This document shows, one piece after another, positions 27,595-41,293 of a stretch of DNA of 64,000 bases (positions within the stretch are counted from its first letter, which is position 1; each line of letters starts with the position of its first letter). The notes under the pieces are model-generated. The model had not been told where the DNA came from. It was given only the letters and a program-made list of their open reading frames with translations, and did not search any database. Both the position numbers and the translations under genes were made by a program. The stretch is from Lytechinus pictus (taxonomy: Eukaryota). Location of the stretch: assembly GCF_037042905.1 (NCBI RefSeq), contig NC_087245.1:28026001-28090000 (forward strand), in the 5' to 3' direction.

Positions 27595-27910
27595 AAACGG
27601 TTTATTTTCAATTGGTCTACCATCAGTTTGTCCACTATCCACAGGGTCTAATTGCCAGTTTGTCCATGCACTCACCATTTTGTCTAATAGCCAGTTGGCT
27701 GAATAGCCATGCATACTATGTGGTCTATTTGGACTAAGTGTTAATTTGGCGGAATGAATGAAAAGAAAGTGGGGATTAGACCAACTGGTTATGAGACGAA
27801 ATGGTAATTTTCGGACCAAATGGTTGTCAGATCAAATGTTGATGGACAGAATGGCATTAGACCATGTGATGAGTGGACAAGTTGGCAATTGAAGAACTGG
27901 CAGTTTACTG
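27595..27910. repeat. Degenerate repeat made of short inverted sub-repeats (ccanttggtcta / tagaccaantgg)
   Basis: The left half has several ttggtcta/ttgtcca units; the right half has tagacca/ggacaa units. Confidence 0.5.
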
Positions 27911-28192
27911 GTTAGAGCTGTAATTTAATGTCTTAGTTTTGGAGGCTCTATAACATGATACAATGCAGATAAACTTGCCCAAATTATTTGAAAAAAATTA
28001 CCATTCTACAGTGTAATTTTGTCATGAGTTTGATAATGAGATGAAAGATGTTTGAAAGATGCTATTTCATTTTCTAGACAATCATGTTTTGAAAAAAAAG
28101 TAAAGTTTTTAGTGGTAGCATCTGAATTTTTTTTTAGTATGGTAAAGCTATTTTTGAGAATGTGCTACACTTTTATATTAATCACATTACAG

Positions 28193-28553
28193 GTTATCTT
28201 CAAGCTTTCACCAGATGAAGATGTTTCACCGAGGCTCTCAATCCTTACCATCCTAGGCGATGCAAGCGGTCTTCTCCACATCCAACCCAATCAAACATTC
28301 TCTATTGAATACACATCTGCTGTAAATAGACGTTCAGTCCCACCTGTTAATATTCATGTCAGTCAAGATTCCACTGTCTACTTGCCAGCTGACTTTAGGA
28401 TCATAGGAGATGCTAGTCCGTCATTCTACCTTGATGGCACCATGGTTGGTGTTTATAATCTAACTATTGGGGGAGGGAAACAGTTGGAGATAGGAGAACA
28501 TGCAACCAATCGTCATATCAGTAATGGGACCTGGGTTTCATCATCTGTAGAAG
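28193..28553 (+). CDS. Exon 12
   Basis: ttacag|VIFKLS...GDASGLLHI...SSVE G|gtatgg. Confidence 0.9.
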
Positions 28554-29245
28554 GTATGGATGCCCAAAGTTGTGTGGTTAACGATTTATATATATGTGCA
28601 GTTCCATAAAACAAGCAACCTTTTTTGTATGTCTGACCTTCATTTCTTTCCATTCTTGCTTCATGAACTTATCTAATCATGATCATTTAAGAGAAAACAG
28701 TAAAAATATCCAGAAGATCCCACTTATATTGGGCTTGATGTACATATGTTTTGTGACATTTTCCATGCATGATGTTGGCATAAGCAGTGATATGAGTGAT
28801 ATAGGAATAAGTTCATAAAAAAACAGTTTGATTAAGAGTTGAATTCATTCCATTTTGAAGGGGTCAAAGAATGGATATAAATCTCCAGAATTGATACATT
28901 GATGTGTTGAGAGACATGCTGTTAAAACAGCGTTCTAACATAGCAACCCGTGTATGAAGTGATTTGTTATATCCTAACATTGATTAAAATATACTATATG
29001 TATTTGAATATCATGTAGGTGTGTAAAAAAGGCTCCTTTACAAAGACTACCAGTTTTCTCTATTATACAACAAAGGTTGTATTGCATAAAACTTCCAGTT
29101 GATCATAACTGTGCTTTGTTAACTTCGGATGAATCCTCAATTCAGGTTATGAGTTGTTTTACCAGTTTGCCATAGTAGTTGTCATGGATTGTTAAGTTAA
29201 TATTAATTAAAGTTCATGATCTTTTTGTATATTTCTGTGCTTTAG

Positions 29246-29536
29246 GCCACATTCTTGTAGGTCATCTGGAAATGGAATCCCAGTCCAGCTTTGTCAGTCC
29301 TACCCATCTCACAATTGACGCTGCTTCCATCATCATGCATTATAAATCGTACATCACTGCACAATCCTTTCATATTACGGCCAATGACCTCACCATTGAA
29401 GGAGAAGCACGCCTAGATGTATCCGCACGGGAACCTGGACCTGGGCTTGGTCCAGGAACAGAAACCCCTTCAGGTGGAACTGGAGCTGGTCATGGAGGCT
29501 TTGGCGGAGGTGCCGATCATGCTAACTACACACATG
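29246..29536 (+). CDS. Exon 13
   Basis: ctttag|(G)HILVGH...GAGHGGFGG...NYTH G|gtaaaa. Confidence 0.9.
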
Positions 29537-30107
29537 GTAAAAATTTATGATAAAAATTTTAACTATCAATGTTAAACAATAACATGCTGGTAGCAATGTG
29601 AATTTTATGTCTCCTACTTTTGTTTTGTACATGCTTGAATGCAGACTTTCCCGGTAATTTTGTGAGAGTTTAAAGAAAAGTCTCATTTGGGAAATTAAAA
29701 ATGGTATACATGTAAATGAAAGAGTTCGAGTTACATATTTTTTTCTGAAAGTTTGAAAGCATCATATGTATTGGTTTCAGTTTGATTTTTAATTGATATG
29801 AAGCTATCCACATACAAAACTTACCTCACCCTGAATTGTTTTTTTATGAATTGTGTGGTTTGCAAAGTTAATATATGTCTTTAGTACATCTTAATTGAAT
29901 CATTTGAATCATGAATTTGATACCATTTCATTTTTTTTCTTTATGGGTAATTACCATGCTAATATTCTAAGCCAATCAGAACTGAAGAATTCATTGATAA
30001 TTTATGTGTATGACTAGTTATTAATAGCCTTTGAACTTTCTGGAAACTGTGCCCTGATTTTGCTGTCATACACATGAGGTAATGATGACTCTCTTTCACT
30101 TCTGCAG

Positions 30108-33100
30108 GTGTTGCATACGGTTCCTACATCACCCCATCTCACCCAGGGAGTCGTGGTGGAGGTAATAGTGGTGGTACAGGTGGTAGCACAATCAGACTTG
30201 AAGTAGGCAACAAACTCCATGTTGATGGATCAATCCTTGCAGAAGGGGGTAATGCTGAGGCCTCTTCCACTAGTGGAGGGGGCAGTGGAGGAAGTATTTG
30301 GATAGATGCATTAACATTCTCAGGACATGGGACAGTATCAACTGATGGTGGAAACGGAACAGGAAATGGTGGTGCTGGTGGCAGGATTGCCGTGCATGTC
30401 TCTTGGCTGAGGGAATTCTCTGGTTCATACAGCTCTCTTGGTGGTTTAGGGATTGATGGAGCAAATGGTGCATGTGGAACTGTTTACTACACAGACACCA
30501 ATCAGGGGTTGAATTATAGAAGGGCTATCACTGGCAGTGATGAGGAACTGATTTGGATAGTAGGTTACACCAAACTTCTACTTGATAACCAAAACCGCAA
30601 CCATTTGCTCCCTACTGTCATTGAGGATGATTATGGTACTGGCTACTTCGAGTTTGATGAGCTAGAGACCAATAATCATGTGACAATGTGGCTTCATGAA
30701 TCGAATGCAACACTGGTGGTGCATAAGTTCATCGGAGATCGAACAGGCCGTCTTCATTTGAGATCTGGTCAGACAATGTTCAATGAGTTTGTAGAATCTG
30801 AAAGTGGTATTTCTGTAGCACCTGTCAGTTTTCTAATTGATGTGGGTGCAGAGTTGATATGTCCATCTACATTCATAATGTTAGGAACTAGAACAATAAT
30901 CAATGGACTCTTGGCTGCTGTTCTTGATCTCTATGTTGCTGAAGGAGCTAGTGTAACATTCTCATCAACATCCACAACTGCTCTGTTGATCAATGATACA
31001 TATGAGTCAATGACAGAGCCAGGAAATATCAGTTTCAGCCAAATGATCATCCAAAAGGATTCCCGCATTGAGTTTCAGGAACTTGAAGCAGACTTCACCC
31101 TAACAGCTAGTGAATTGACCATCAAGTACCATGGAGTGGTTGATATGAACAGAGGTAATATCCACACAGGAGAAGCGGTCATTGAGAGTGAGGGATACCT
31201 GAACCTTAATGGAACTGGATTTGGACCAGAGTCGGGTCCAGGAAAGGGGACAACTACTGTAAATGGTCTTGGTCTTGGTGGCGGATTTGGAGGTGCTGGT
31301 GGGGGACCAGAGCCACAGGAAGGTGGCTTGGCATATGGTTCACTGTATGAGCCACTACAGATGGGGAGTGGTGGCGGAAATGGTGGTGGATCTGGAGGAG
31401 CAGGTGGAGGGGTTCTGCACTGGATAAATGGAAAGACGATGCAAATTGATGGCTTTATCTACGCAGCAGGAACACATGGTAGTGGCTCAAATGCAGGTGG
31501 TGGTAGTGGAGGAGGAATATTGATTGAGGTCACTGACTTTTCTGGTCATGGTGAGATCAATGCTCAGGGAGGTGATGCTGCATCAGTAGATGGAAACTTT
31601 GGGCATGGGTTTGGAGGATCAGGTGGACGCATAGCCATTCATGCAAGAAAGTCATTCCTGTTCTCTGGAAACTTCCAAAATGCTGGCGGTAACCGTGGGT
31701 CTGAAGGCTTTGGAGCTGCCGGTACTGTATATGTTGAAGAAAATGACAGGGGACCACAATATGCAGACATTAAAACTAGTAAAGGTACAAATTCAACCTT
31801 CATTGTGGCTGATCATCGATATGTTGAGGTGGACAATGACAACCAGCATGAACCATGGATTTTCACCATGCTATCAGAGGGAAATTTAGCAGAATGGGAA
31901 CTTGATGAACTGCATGTTACCAGACATGCTAATGTAAGATTCTACCATCCGCCAGATGAGGAAAATGTGACCGTTGTTATTCATAGGTTCCTTGGTGATA
32001 GGACAGGACTTGTGAACATTCGCCTCAACCAAACAATATACTTTGAGTTTGTGGAATCCCAAAGCAATGAAACTGTCGCACCATGCAGTTATCAAATAGA
32101 CGCTGGCAGTGAAATTGTCTTTCCTACAACTGTATACATCCTAGGTACTAGATCCTGGTTTGCTGGACTTATAACAGGTGTTCACCACCTACATATTGCA
32201 GATGGAGGAAATGCAATATTCATGTCAACAGCACACACAGCAATACTTGAAAATCTACAATATGTGGACATCACTCCACAGGGGAATTTTAGCTTTGCTA
32301 CCTTCACAGTGGAAAGGGATTCAGAAGGTCACTTCTGGCAGATAACTCAGCCACTTGGACTCTATGTTAGTGAATTCAGAGTGAAATTTGAAGGACAGCT
32401 ATACATGAATACGGCTGAGATAAAATCTTCCTTTGCATGGATTGAGAGTCGAGGAAGGTTCCACATGGACGAAAGAGGCCATGCTGCACAGACTGGTCCA
32501 GGAGCAGGGTTTACAACACAAGATGGATCAGGCACTGGAGGAGGGCATGGAGGACAAGGAGGAGGACCATCAACTGAATATGGGGGTGTGCCATATGATT
32601 CTGTGTACGCACCACTATTTAGCGGTAGTGGGGGTGGCAATGGCCAAGGAACAGGTGGTACTGGTGGAGGCTATCTGTATTGGGAGGTTGCCGAAAAGCT
32701 GTCATTGAATGGAGAACTAGCACTACGTGGTGGGAATGGTGTAGGCTCCAGTGCAGGAGGTGGCAGTGGTGGAGGACTGCTGATAGAGACAACCAATATG
32801 ACAGGTCATGGTGTGATTGATGTGAGTGGAGGAAACAGCACTGGGCAAGGAGGCGGTGGTGCAGGAGGTAGAGTAGGGATCCACTGCAGGTGGCGCTACC
32901 AGTTTGGAGGAAAATTCATAGATCATGGAGGCCTAGGAGATGGTGACAAAGTTTTGAGGCATGGAGGTGCAGGTGGAACTATCTACAAAGAAGAGAATCT
33001 TCGCCCTCTGCCATACCGCATCCTAAAGAGAGATAAGGTGCACAACAGTACATACCTTGATGTTGATCACAAATATGTGCACAGTGACAATGATGGGAAT

Positions 33101-36100
33101 GATGTGCCTCCTGCTGCAATGTTAAGTGAAGGAGGAACTGTAGTGTACTACTTTGATGAGATGGAACTCACTGGTTCCTCAAGACTCCTAATCTACCATC
33201 CTGATAATGCAACTGAAGTCAACATAACTGTGCACCTGTTCATTGGTGATCGTACTGGGCAGCTGCATCTGCGAACGAACCAGACTGTTTTTGTTGAGGT
33301 GGAAGAGACAGAAACAAACAAGACAGATGCCCCCTGCAGTTACATCATTGATCCAGGTGCAGTTCTTATTCTGCCTACGGAATTCCATGTCCATGGAACA
33401 AACAGCCTAATTAAAGGACTCATCGCAGGAGTACATCATCTCTATGTTGAAGACCAGGCCAGGATGACATTTGAATCAACAGGAAATACTGCATTGTGGA
33501 TGCAGAGACAGTTTGTCAGCATAACCCCATTGGGAAATTTCGCATTTTCGACTATTACAGTCAAGGAAGGAGGTACAGTGGGGTTCATGAGGATCACTTC
33601 TCCTTTGAGGTTAGAATCAAGTGAAATGAGGGTGAAGTACGGAGGGCAGCTGTTCATGAATGAAGCACATCTGTTTTCATCATATGCCTGGGTAGAGAGT
33701 ACTGGAACATTTCATCTGGATGGCGGGGGACATGATGCAGAGTCTGGACCAGGAGCTGGTTTTAGTTCGGGTGGTGTTGGATATGGTGCAGCACATGGCG
33801 GAGAAGGTGGAGGAGTAGATGTGTCCCTGGTTTCCCAGCCGTATGGCTCTATTTATTTACCATTTCAATCTGGGAGTGGTGGAGGTAGTGGTCAAGGAGC
33901 CGGAGGTAAAGGTGGAGGCCTTCTGCGATGGACCATTGGACATTATCTTGAATTGAATGGGTTGCTCTCCCTCAAAGGACTTGATGGTGGTCAACACGCA
34001 GGTGGTGGAAGTGGGGGCAGTGGTATCATCGAAAGCACAAACATGACTGGCCATGGTGAGATCAATGTGCAGGGAGGCAGTGGGTCTGGTCAAGGGTGTG
34101 GTGGAGCTGGTGGCAGGGTAGCCATACTCTGTAGATTGAGGTATACATATGGTGGAAAATTCAATGATTTTGGAGGTAGTGGGAGCTCAAACCAGAGGGG
34201 AGCAGCGGCAGGTACCATCTACAAGGAAGAGAATATGCGTCCATTGGAATATCGTAAGAGCAAGTATATCAAATCCTTGAACACCACCTTGCTTGTTGTG
34301 GACCATACCTATCTCCACATTGATAATAATAACATTGATGTCCCAGTTTCTACAATGATTCGAGAGGACAATACAATAAGTTATGAATTAGATGAACTTG
34401 AAGTTACTGGCCTTGCACGGTCAACTGTGTATCACCCCAGTAATGAGACAGAAGTCCAAGTCATTGCACATCGATTTATTGGAGATAGAACAGGGCAGAT
34501 GCATCTGAGACAAAACCAGACCTTATTTGCTGAGGTTGTGGAATCTGAAACAAATCATACAGAAGCACCTTGTAGCTTCAGAATCGATGATGGGGCAGAG
34601 ATAGTGCTCCCTTCCGAAGTTCATTTGCATGGAATACGAACTGAAATCCATGGTCGAGTGACTGGCATCCATGATCTATACATTGAAGCTGATGGATATG
34701 TAATAGTGACATCTACTACACAAACTGCTCTCCTTGAAAGGCAAGAGTATGTTTACATATCTTCCAATGGCAACTTCTCAATCCCTCGCCTGTACATTAA
34801 ACAAGGTGGCAACATAGACTTTCATCGTGTCAAGGAAGAAATTCTGGTTGATGTTTCATTTCTGGAAATAAAATTTGGAGGCCTCTTTGAGATGAACAGT
34901 GGTTCCGTTTACTCTGACGTTGCAGATCTGGAGAGTGAAGGTGTTCTAAGTCTGGATGGAAGAGGGTATAGCGGTAGCGAAGGACCTGGAGCTGGAGTAA
35001 CCATTAGCAGTAGGGGTTCCGGTGCCCACCATGGTGGAATTGGTGGAAATCCAACCATAGGTGATAATGGATCATATGGGTCTGTTTTCAATCCCACTGA
35101 GCTAGGAAGTGGGGGTGGCAGTAGCAGCCATGGGTCAGGCGGATCTGGGGGAGGTTCTCTCCAATGGGTTGTGGGTAAGGTTATACACATCAATGGTCTG
35201 GTCTCAGCAGATGGTTCTTCTGGAGCGACTGATGCAGGAGGTGGTAGTGGAGGCAGCATATTGATTCAAGCACTGAACATGACGGGCCATGGTGAGGTTA
35301 GGACCAGTGGGGGTAATGGCTCAAGATATGGGGCTGGTGGAGCTGGTGGGAGAATGGCAATACACATTGATTACCAGAACAACTTTGATGGGTTATATAA
35401 CTGCAGAGGAGGGTTTTATGGAGGGAACTCTGATCCTGATCACTCAGGAAACGGAGCAGCTGGAACTATTTATAAATACGAATCAAGAAGAGGTCCTCAA
35501 TACAGAGATTTAAAATATAATGACCCAGCTCTCAATATCTCCACAATAAAACCAGAACACAGCAAATTGACAGTAGATAATGGGATAATAGACGTTGATC
35601 ATCCAGCAGTTGTAATGGAAGAAGGTCGTTGGTTCTATGAATTCGATGAAGTCCAAGTGGAAGGCTATTCCTATGTCCACTTTTATCACCCAGAAACAGC
35701 CCTTGATATCACTGTAATCATACATGAGTTGACTGGCAATAAGAAAGGTCTGATACGTGTCCAGAGTAGGCAGCGAGTGTTTGTCAACATTGTAGAGTCA
35801 ACGCATACCTACCTTGATGCTCCTTGTGGATTCCATGTGGATTGGGGTGGTGACCTTGTCCTTCCTACAAATGTCATCATCCTGACTGAGAGAATTCTAG
35901 TCGAAGGACAACTCTCTGGAGTGGAGGAACTAACCGTTGAGAGAGATGGAGAACTTCAGTTTGGCGGAAGAGCCTTTACCTCTCTCCTTCCACCCAGCTC
36001 AGAATGGTACATCGATGTGCCCTATGACACTTCCAGAAATGGCACTATCGATATTGGCACCATTCTTGTCAACAATCTGGGTATTATTCGGCTTACATCT

Positions 36101-36296
36101 TCTACTGCTGAACCAGTAATAGATGCTGGTGTCCTGAGGGTGAAGAAAGGTGGATCTGTAGTTGCTGAATGTGAGAAGATCAGTGTCAATGCTGGGGAGC
36201 TGGTGATCGAGTATGTAGGCATCCTGTCCTCTGTAGGGTCTGGGATGGGTCCTGGTGCTGGAAGTAGCTATGGCGGTGCAGGACATGGCTCACCAG
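30108..36296 (+). CDS. Exon 14 (6189 nt): about five Gly-rich repeats
   Basis: ctgcag|(G)VAYGSYITP..., in frame with the 1971-aa ORF starting at 30392; donor G|gtaaga. Confidence 0.92.
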
Positions 36297-36797
36297 GTAA
36301 GATATGAATAGATCTTCATAACTTTGATATGGTGATAAACCAGAAAAAAAACCAAATTCATTGCCATAGATACTATACTATGAGACAATGTTGCACCATG
36401 ACTTTTCTATCTTTATGTGTCAAATTGCAGGCAACTTGCATCACTTATTTAATGGAGGCTACAATTGATGGCAACAATATCTAAATTGATGATTATTGAT
36501 ATAATTTCTCTTGCTCACATCATATAAGTTTAGTTCTAAATTTAGTTTCATAGGCTGCATGCTTGTCACCCATTATGTATGTAATGCATATTCTGTAAGA
36601 AATAGAATCAGGATCATGATTCCAAAGCTTTCATACACAATTCTCTGTTGATCCTCAATCCATTTCTAACAATTTAGATAGAACTTTTTACAGAATGATG
36701 AAATGTAAATCACATATAAAATGTTATCAACTGCTCTATTATGATATCACATCGATTTATATATTCATATATGTGATAAATTCATTTCTGTTTCAAG

Positions 36798-36913
36798 GTG
36801 GTAATAATGGTGGCGGATCAGCATATGGTGATTTGTTCAACCCCAGTTTGTCCGGGAGTAGGGGAAGTGGGGTGAGCAAAGGAGGTGGCGTTATCCTTCT
36901 AAACATTGGTGGG
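36798..36913 (+). CDS. Exon 15
   Basis: ttcaag|(G)GNNGGGSAYGDLFNP...ILLNIGG|gtaagt. Confidence 0.85.
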
Positions 36914-37043
36914 GTAAGTCTTAAAACTTTTACTTCTGATGTTTGAAAGAGACAAAGAAGATCCCAGGATATTATATACCTGTTTATTGAAGTAGATTTC
37001 TTTTTGGGGCAAATATATCATTCGCACTCGGTATTTTCAAATT

Positions 37044-37325
37044 CTGGGCCCCATCTTACAGAGAGTTACAATTGATCCGATCAATCGTACATGTAACTCT
37101 ATGGAAATCCATCAATGTCATAATTTTTTCTACAGGAAATTTGCACAATGTCTTTTGTAAGCAAAGAGAAGGACAAAACATTTTCAAGAAAACAATGAAT
37201 GCATGAATATATATCATGGTTAGAAAATATTTTTAACAAACATGCATAAAAAATGTTGATTTTGCTGGCTTTCCATAGTTGCGATTGATCGGATCAATCA
37301 CAACTCTTTGTAAGACGGGGCCCAG
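37044..37325. mobile_element. ~280-bp MITE with ~55-bp TIRs (possibly PIF/Harbinger-related)
   Basis: ctgggccccatcttacagagagtt...gatccgatcaatcg pairs with cgattgatcggatcaatc...aactctttgtaagacggggcccag; ATT on both flanks. Confidence 0.8.
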
Positions 37326-37982
37326 ATTCTGTAGTTAATATCTCCTCCAACAATTCTACAACTCAGAAACTATCTCATCATCATCATAATAGCTTGACAT
37401 ATTAGTCTGCCTCCTCCCCATCTTGCAATGGATATATGCCTCAATTTAGGCTTGCTGCATGTTTTGTCTTCCAACTGTATGTCCAAACCTGTTTCTCTTC
37501 CATCTTTTAATGGTTTCCCGAAGATTCTCACTCTCGTAAAAATCATGTTGCTCATCATCTAGCCATATTACTAAGATTTCAAGCATCTTTTCTTCTGACT
37601 TTCTGATTATCCAAGTTTAAGATCCATACAATGCTACACTCCAAACCAAACATTTGACAAGTTATGTCCTTAAATTTTTATTTTACCTAGCTGATAAAGA
37701 TTTCTTAGGTAACATCATTTTCATTTTTTGTTCATGCTCTCATTATAATTTTATCATCATTCTGATTATTATTATGATTATTATTGTTATCATTGTTATT
37801 ATTACTATTATTATTGATATTAGTATTATTAATATTGTGATTTAAAAAGTATGTACATTTTTCAATCAAAACCAGCAGTTCTTAAGCCAGTCAGTGGTAA
37901 CCAAACAGGATTAAATGAATCAACATACGGAAAAGTTCGCACTATAGATACAAACAAAAAAGAAGAACACCATCAAATACTA

Positions 37983-39190
37983 TTTTTATGTCCCCGCAGA
38001 CAAAATCCGGAGGGTCATTAAGCGTTGCCCCTGTCCGTTTGTCCGTCCATCCGTCCCCCCGCTTGGTTTCCGCGCAATAACTAAAAAATATTAAATGGAT
38101 CTAAAAAAAAATTAATGTGTAGGTAGATGACACCAAAATACAGGCTAAGTTCCAATTCGGAGTCCGCAGATCAAAGGTCCAGCTCATTAAATATGCGAGT
38201 TGGTTTCCATGCAATAACTCAACAAATATCTAATGGATTTTAAAAATTTTGGATGTGTTGGTAGATGACACCAAAATACAGGCTAAGTCTGAATTTGGAG
38301 TCTTCAGGTCAAAGGTCACAGCTCATTGAATATGCAAGTTGGTTTCCCCATGATAACTTACATGTATGAAATATTCATTATGAAATATTCAACAGATTAA
38401 AAAAAATTTGGTGTGTAGATAGATGACACCAAAATACAGGTTACGTTTGAATTCGGAATCCGCAGGTCAAAGGTCACAGCTCATAAAATATGCGAGTTGG
38501 TTTCCGTGCAATAACTCAACAAATATTTAATGGATTTTAACAATTTTGGGTTTGTAGTTAGATGACACCAAAATACAGGCTTAGATCGAATTTGGATTCT
38601 GCAGGTCAAAGGTCACAGCTCATTAAATATGCGAGTTGGTTTCCGCATGATAACTTACAGTATGAAATATTCAACAGATTTTTAAAAATTTTGGTGTGTA
38701 GGTAAATAACACCAAAATATAGGTGAAGTTCAAATTTGGAGTCCGCAGGTCAAAGGTCACAGCTCATTAAATATGCAAGATGGTTTCCACATGATAACTT
38801 ATGAAATATTCAACAGATTTAAAAAAAAATTTGGTGTGTAGGTAGATGACACCAAAATACAGGCTAAGTTCGAATTCGGAGTCCGCAGGTCAAAGTTCAC
38901 AGCTCATTAAATATGCGAGTTGGTTTCCACAAGATAACTTGTGAAATATTCGACAGATTAAAAAAATTGGGGTATGTAGGTACATGTAGATGACACCAAA
39001 ATACAGGCTAAGTTCGAATTCGGAGTACACAGGTCAAAGGTCACAACTCATTATATATGCAAGTTAATTCAAAGTTCTAAATTTGTTCATTATATATATG
39101 CATATTGGTTTCTGCACAATATTAAGTTCAATCATATTGAATGAATTTCTGATCGCGTTAAGCGGGGGCATCTGTGTCCTTTGGACACGT
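37983..39190 (+). mobile_element. Helentron-associated (HINE/DINE-1-like) non-autonomous element with an internal array of seven ~140-bp units
   Basis: T-run start; subTIRs atgtccccgc (37988) and gcgggggcat (39162); gtcc microsatellite near 38030; 3' hairpin gtgtcc-ttt-ggacac (39174-39188). Units anchored by gatgacaccaaaata (one variant) at 38126, 38264, 38422, 38561, 38705, 38845 and 38989. Confidence 0.75.
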
Positions 39191-39462
39191 CAAATTACAA
39201 GTTCTAAAATATATGTTAGAAGTAATTAGTAACTTTATAATAAACAAAAAAGCAAGATGGTTAACGTATAGTGATATTGTTCAAATGCATATGAAAGTAA
39301 AAGGGTGTAATCCTAGATAATATCACATGATGTGAAGAATTATGAATATGGAATTTTTTTTTTGTGGAAAACTGCATGTGTGGCAACTGATTCAAAGAAT
39401 GAAACTACATTGTTTATTATGATTGAAATATCATTGAATTGTATCGAATCTTTGTTTTGTAG

Positions 39463-39613
39463 AAAATGATCTGTGATGGCATTATATCTGTTAATGCCCA
39501 TGATCCTACTGCTACTTATAAAAGTGGGGGAAGTGGTGGAAGTCTGGTAATCAAGACTAATACCTTCAGAGGTCATGGAGAGGTCGTTGCAAATGGTGCA
39601 AGTGGACACAGTG
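39463..39613 (+). CDS. Exon 16
   Basis: ttgtag|KMICDGIISVNA...GGSGGSLVI...GHS G|gtgaga. Confidence 0.9.
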
Positions 39614-40066
39614 GTGAGAATGTTTTTTTAAGCCAACTGAATAGATTTATTATGATATTAGTAGAAACCAATTGCAACTTGGAACTTTGAAACTAGTGTG
39701 ATACTTTCCTTGCCATTACTCAAATATCATGGAAACCTGAACAGTATCAATTGAATTTTGGAAATTTTTGTCTCTCTTAGTATCGTTATATCAATTTAAG
39801 GCAATATTTTAAAATTCATTAGCTTAACCCTCTTTTTACTTTTATAAACATATGTAATTCTCTCAGGATGAAATATACTTTTTGCATAATGATTTGTGGA
39901 TTGAGAGTAGATTTTTGATTTATTATTTTCTTTTGAAGTGTTTATTAAAGATGGAAAGTGTACATGTAGGCCTATATATGATTATTAGTTTGCTATATTG
40001 ATGTTATGTATTATTATATATTTCAACATTAAATAAAACTTGATGGCCATCTATTTTTTTTTGTAG

Positions 40067-40362
40067 GATCATCAACCCGATATGGGGGTGGAAGCGGAGG
40101 ACGTATGGCTTTATACATCAATGAGCCTTACAGGTTTCAAGGCACTGTTCAAGCCCTTGGTGGTGCAGGGTCACATTCTAGAGTTTCTGGAGGGCCAGGT
40201 ACTGTCTACAGGCAGTATGAGCAGGATGGCCACCTATGGAAGGAGCTGGTGTTAGATGGCAATGGTCACTCACTCAGTGCAAATACAGTGACACTTGCTG
40301 GAGCTGTTCACTATGAGTTTGACACTGTTATTCTCCTACGAGGGGCAAAGCTCAACATAAAG
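40067..40362 (+). CDS. Exon 17
   Basis: ttgtag|(G)SSTRYGGGSGGRMALY...KLNIK|gtaggc. Confidence 0.9.
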
Positions 40363-40627
40363 GTAGGCTGCTATTGGGTGTTGTCATTCAGGTACTTAAG
40401 AACTGTGGATTTGCCAAGAGAAAAGTTTGAGAAATCTCCTTTCTTGAGGAATTTTGTAGACTAATGTATCTAAGTTGTTTTCAGCCTTCATTCATGGAGT
40501 CATGCAATTTAGATAACAAAATAAATATAATGATAATAACAATGTAACTTCTGAAGGTTTTCATGGCAAAGAAGTAGAGTGTAGTGGTTTTCACAGTACA
40601 CCATGTATCTCTTGTGGGCAAATGATA

Positions 40628-40997
40628 CCCTAGTCAAAATAAGATAGTTAAAAAAAATAGAAGAAAAAATAGCCAAAAAATAAAACATGAAATATATTTT
40701 TATGCTATTTTTCCCCCACACAAAATAGTGTAAAAATATGTAAAAAATATAAAAGAAATACAATAAAAATAGTTTAAAAAATAGTATGCGCTTTAAAAAC
40801 AGAAATAAAATAGCCTATTTTCTCTATTTCACCTGTAAAAATAACAAAAAAATAGTCTGAGTAAAAAATAGGGAAAAGATAGACTATTTTCTTTCTATTT
40901 CATTTGTAAAAATAGTTTAAAAAATAGTCCCGTTTTACTAAAAATAGAGAGAAAATAAGGAAAAAATATATTTTCTCGCAGCAAAAAACTACTAGGG
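40628..40997. mobile_element. A-rich 370-bp MITE-like insertion
   Basis: Ends CCCTAGT and ACTAGGG, ATA on both flanks, many internal aaaaatag sub-repeats. Confidence 0.5.
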
Positions 40998-41293
40998 ATA
41001 ACAATAATGATAAGAAGAATGAATATTCAATCTTTAACTGCAAGTTATTTTTGTTCTACTTTGTGTCAGATGTATCTGGATGCTTGTAACATTTTAGATC
41101 AGAAGACTGTATATGTCTAGGCCTGATTCAGTAGTTTTTATCATGGAAAGCAGATGTATTGTTTCTTTTATCAAATACATTGAAGAATGGATGATATCAG
41201 AGAAAAAAGAGGGATTGTATCATGTAGTAGTATGTCTGTATAGAGAATATTGAGTGCAGGAAATTTATTGATTGTAATGTTTCTTTTTTTCAG

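Noticed and set aside
38060..39060. CRISPR-like array
   Set aside because: The whole ~140-bp unit repeats with no unique spacers, there are no cas genes, and the context is a eukaryotic intron.
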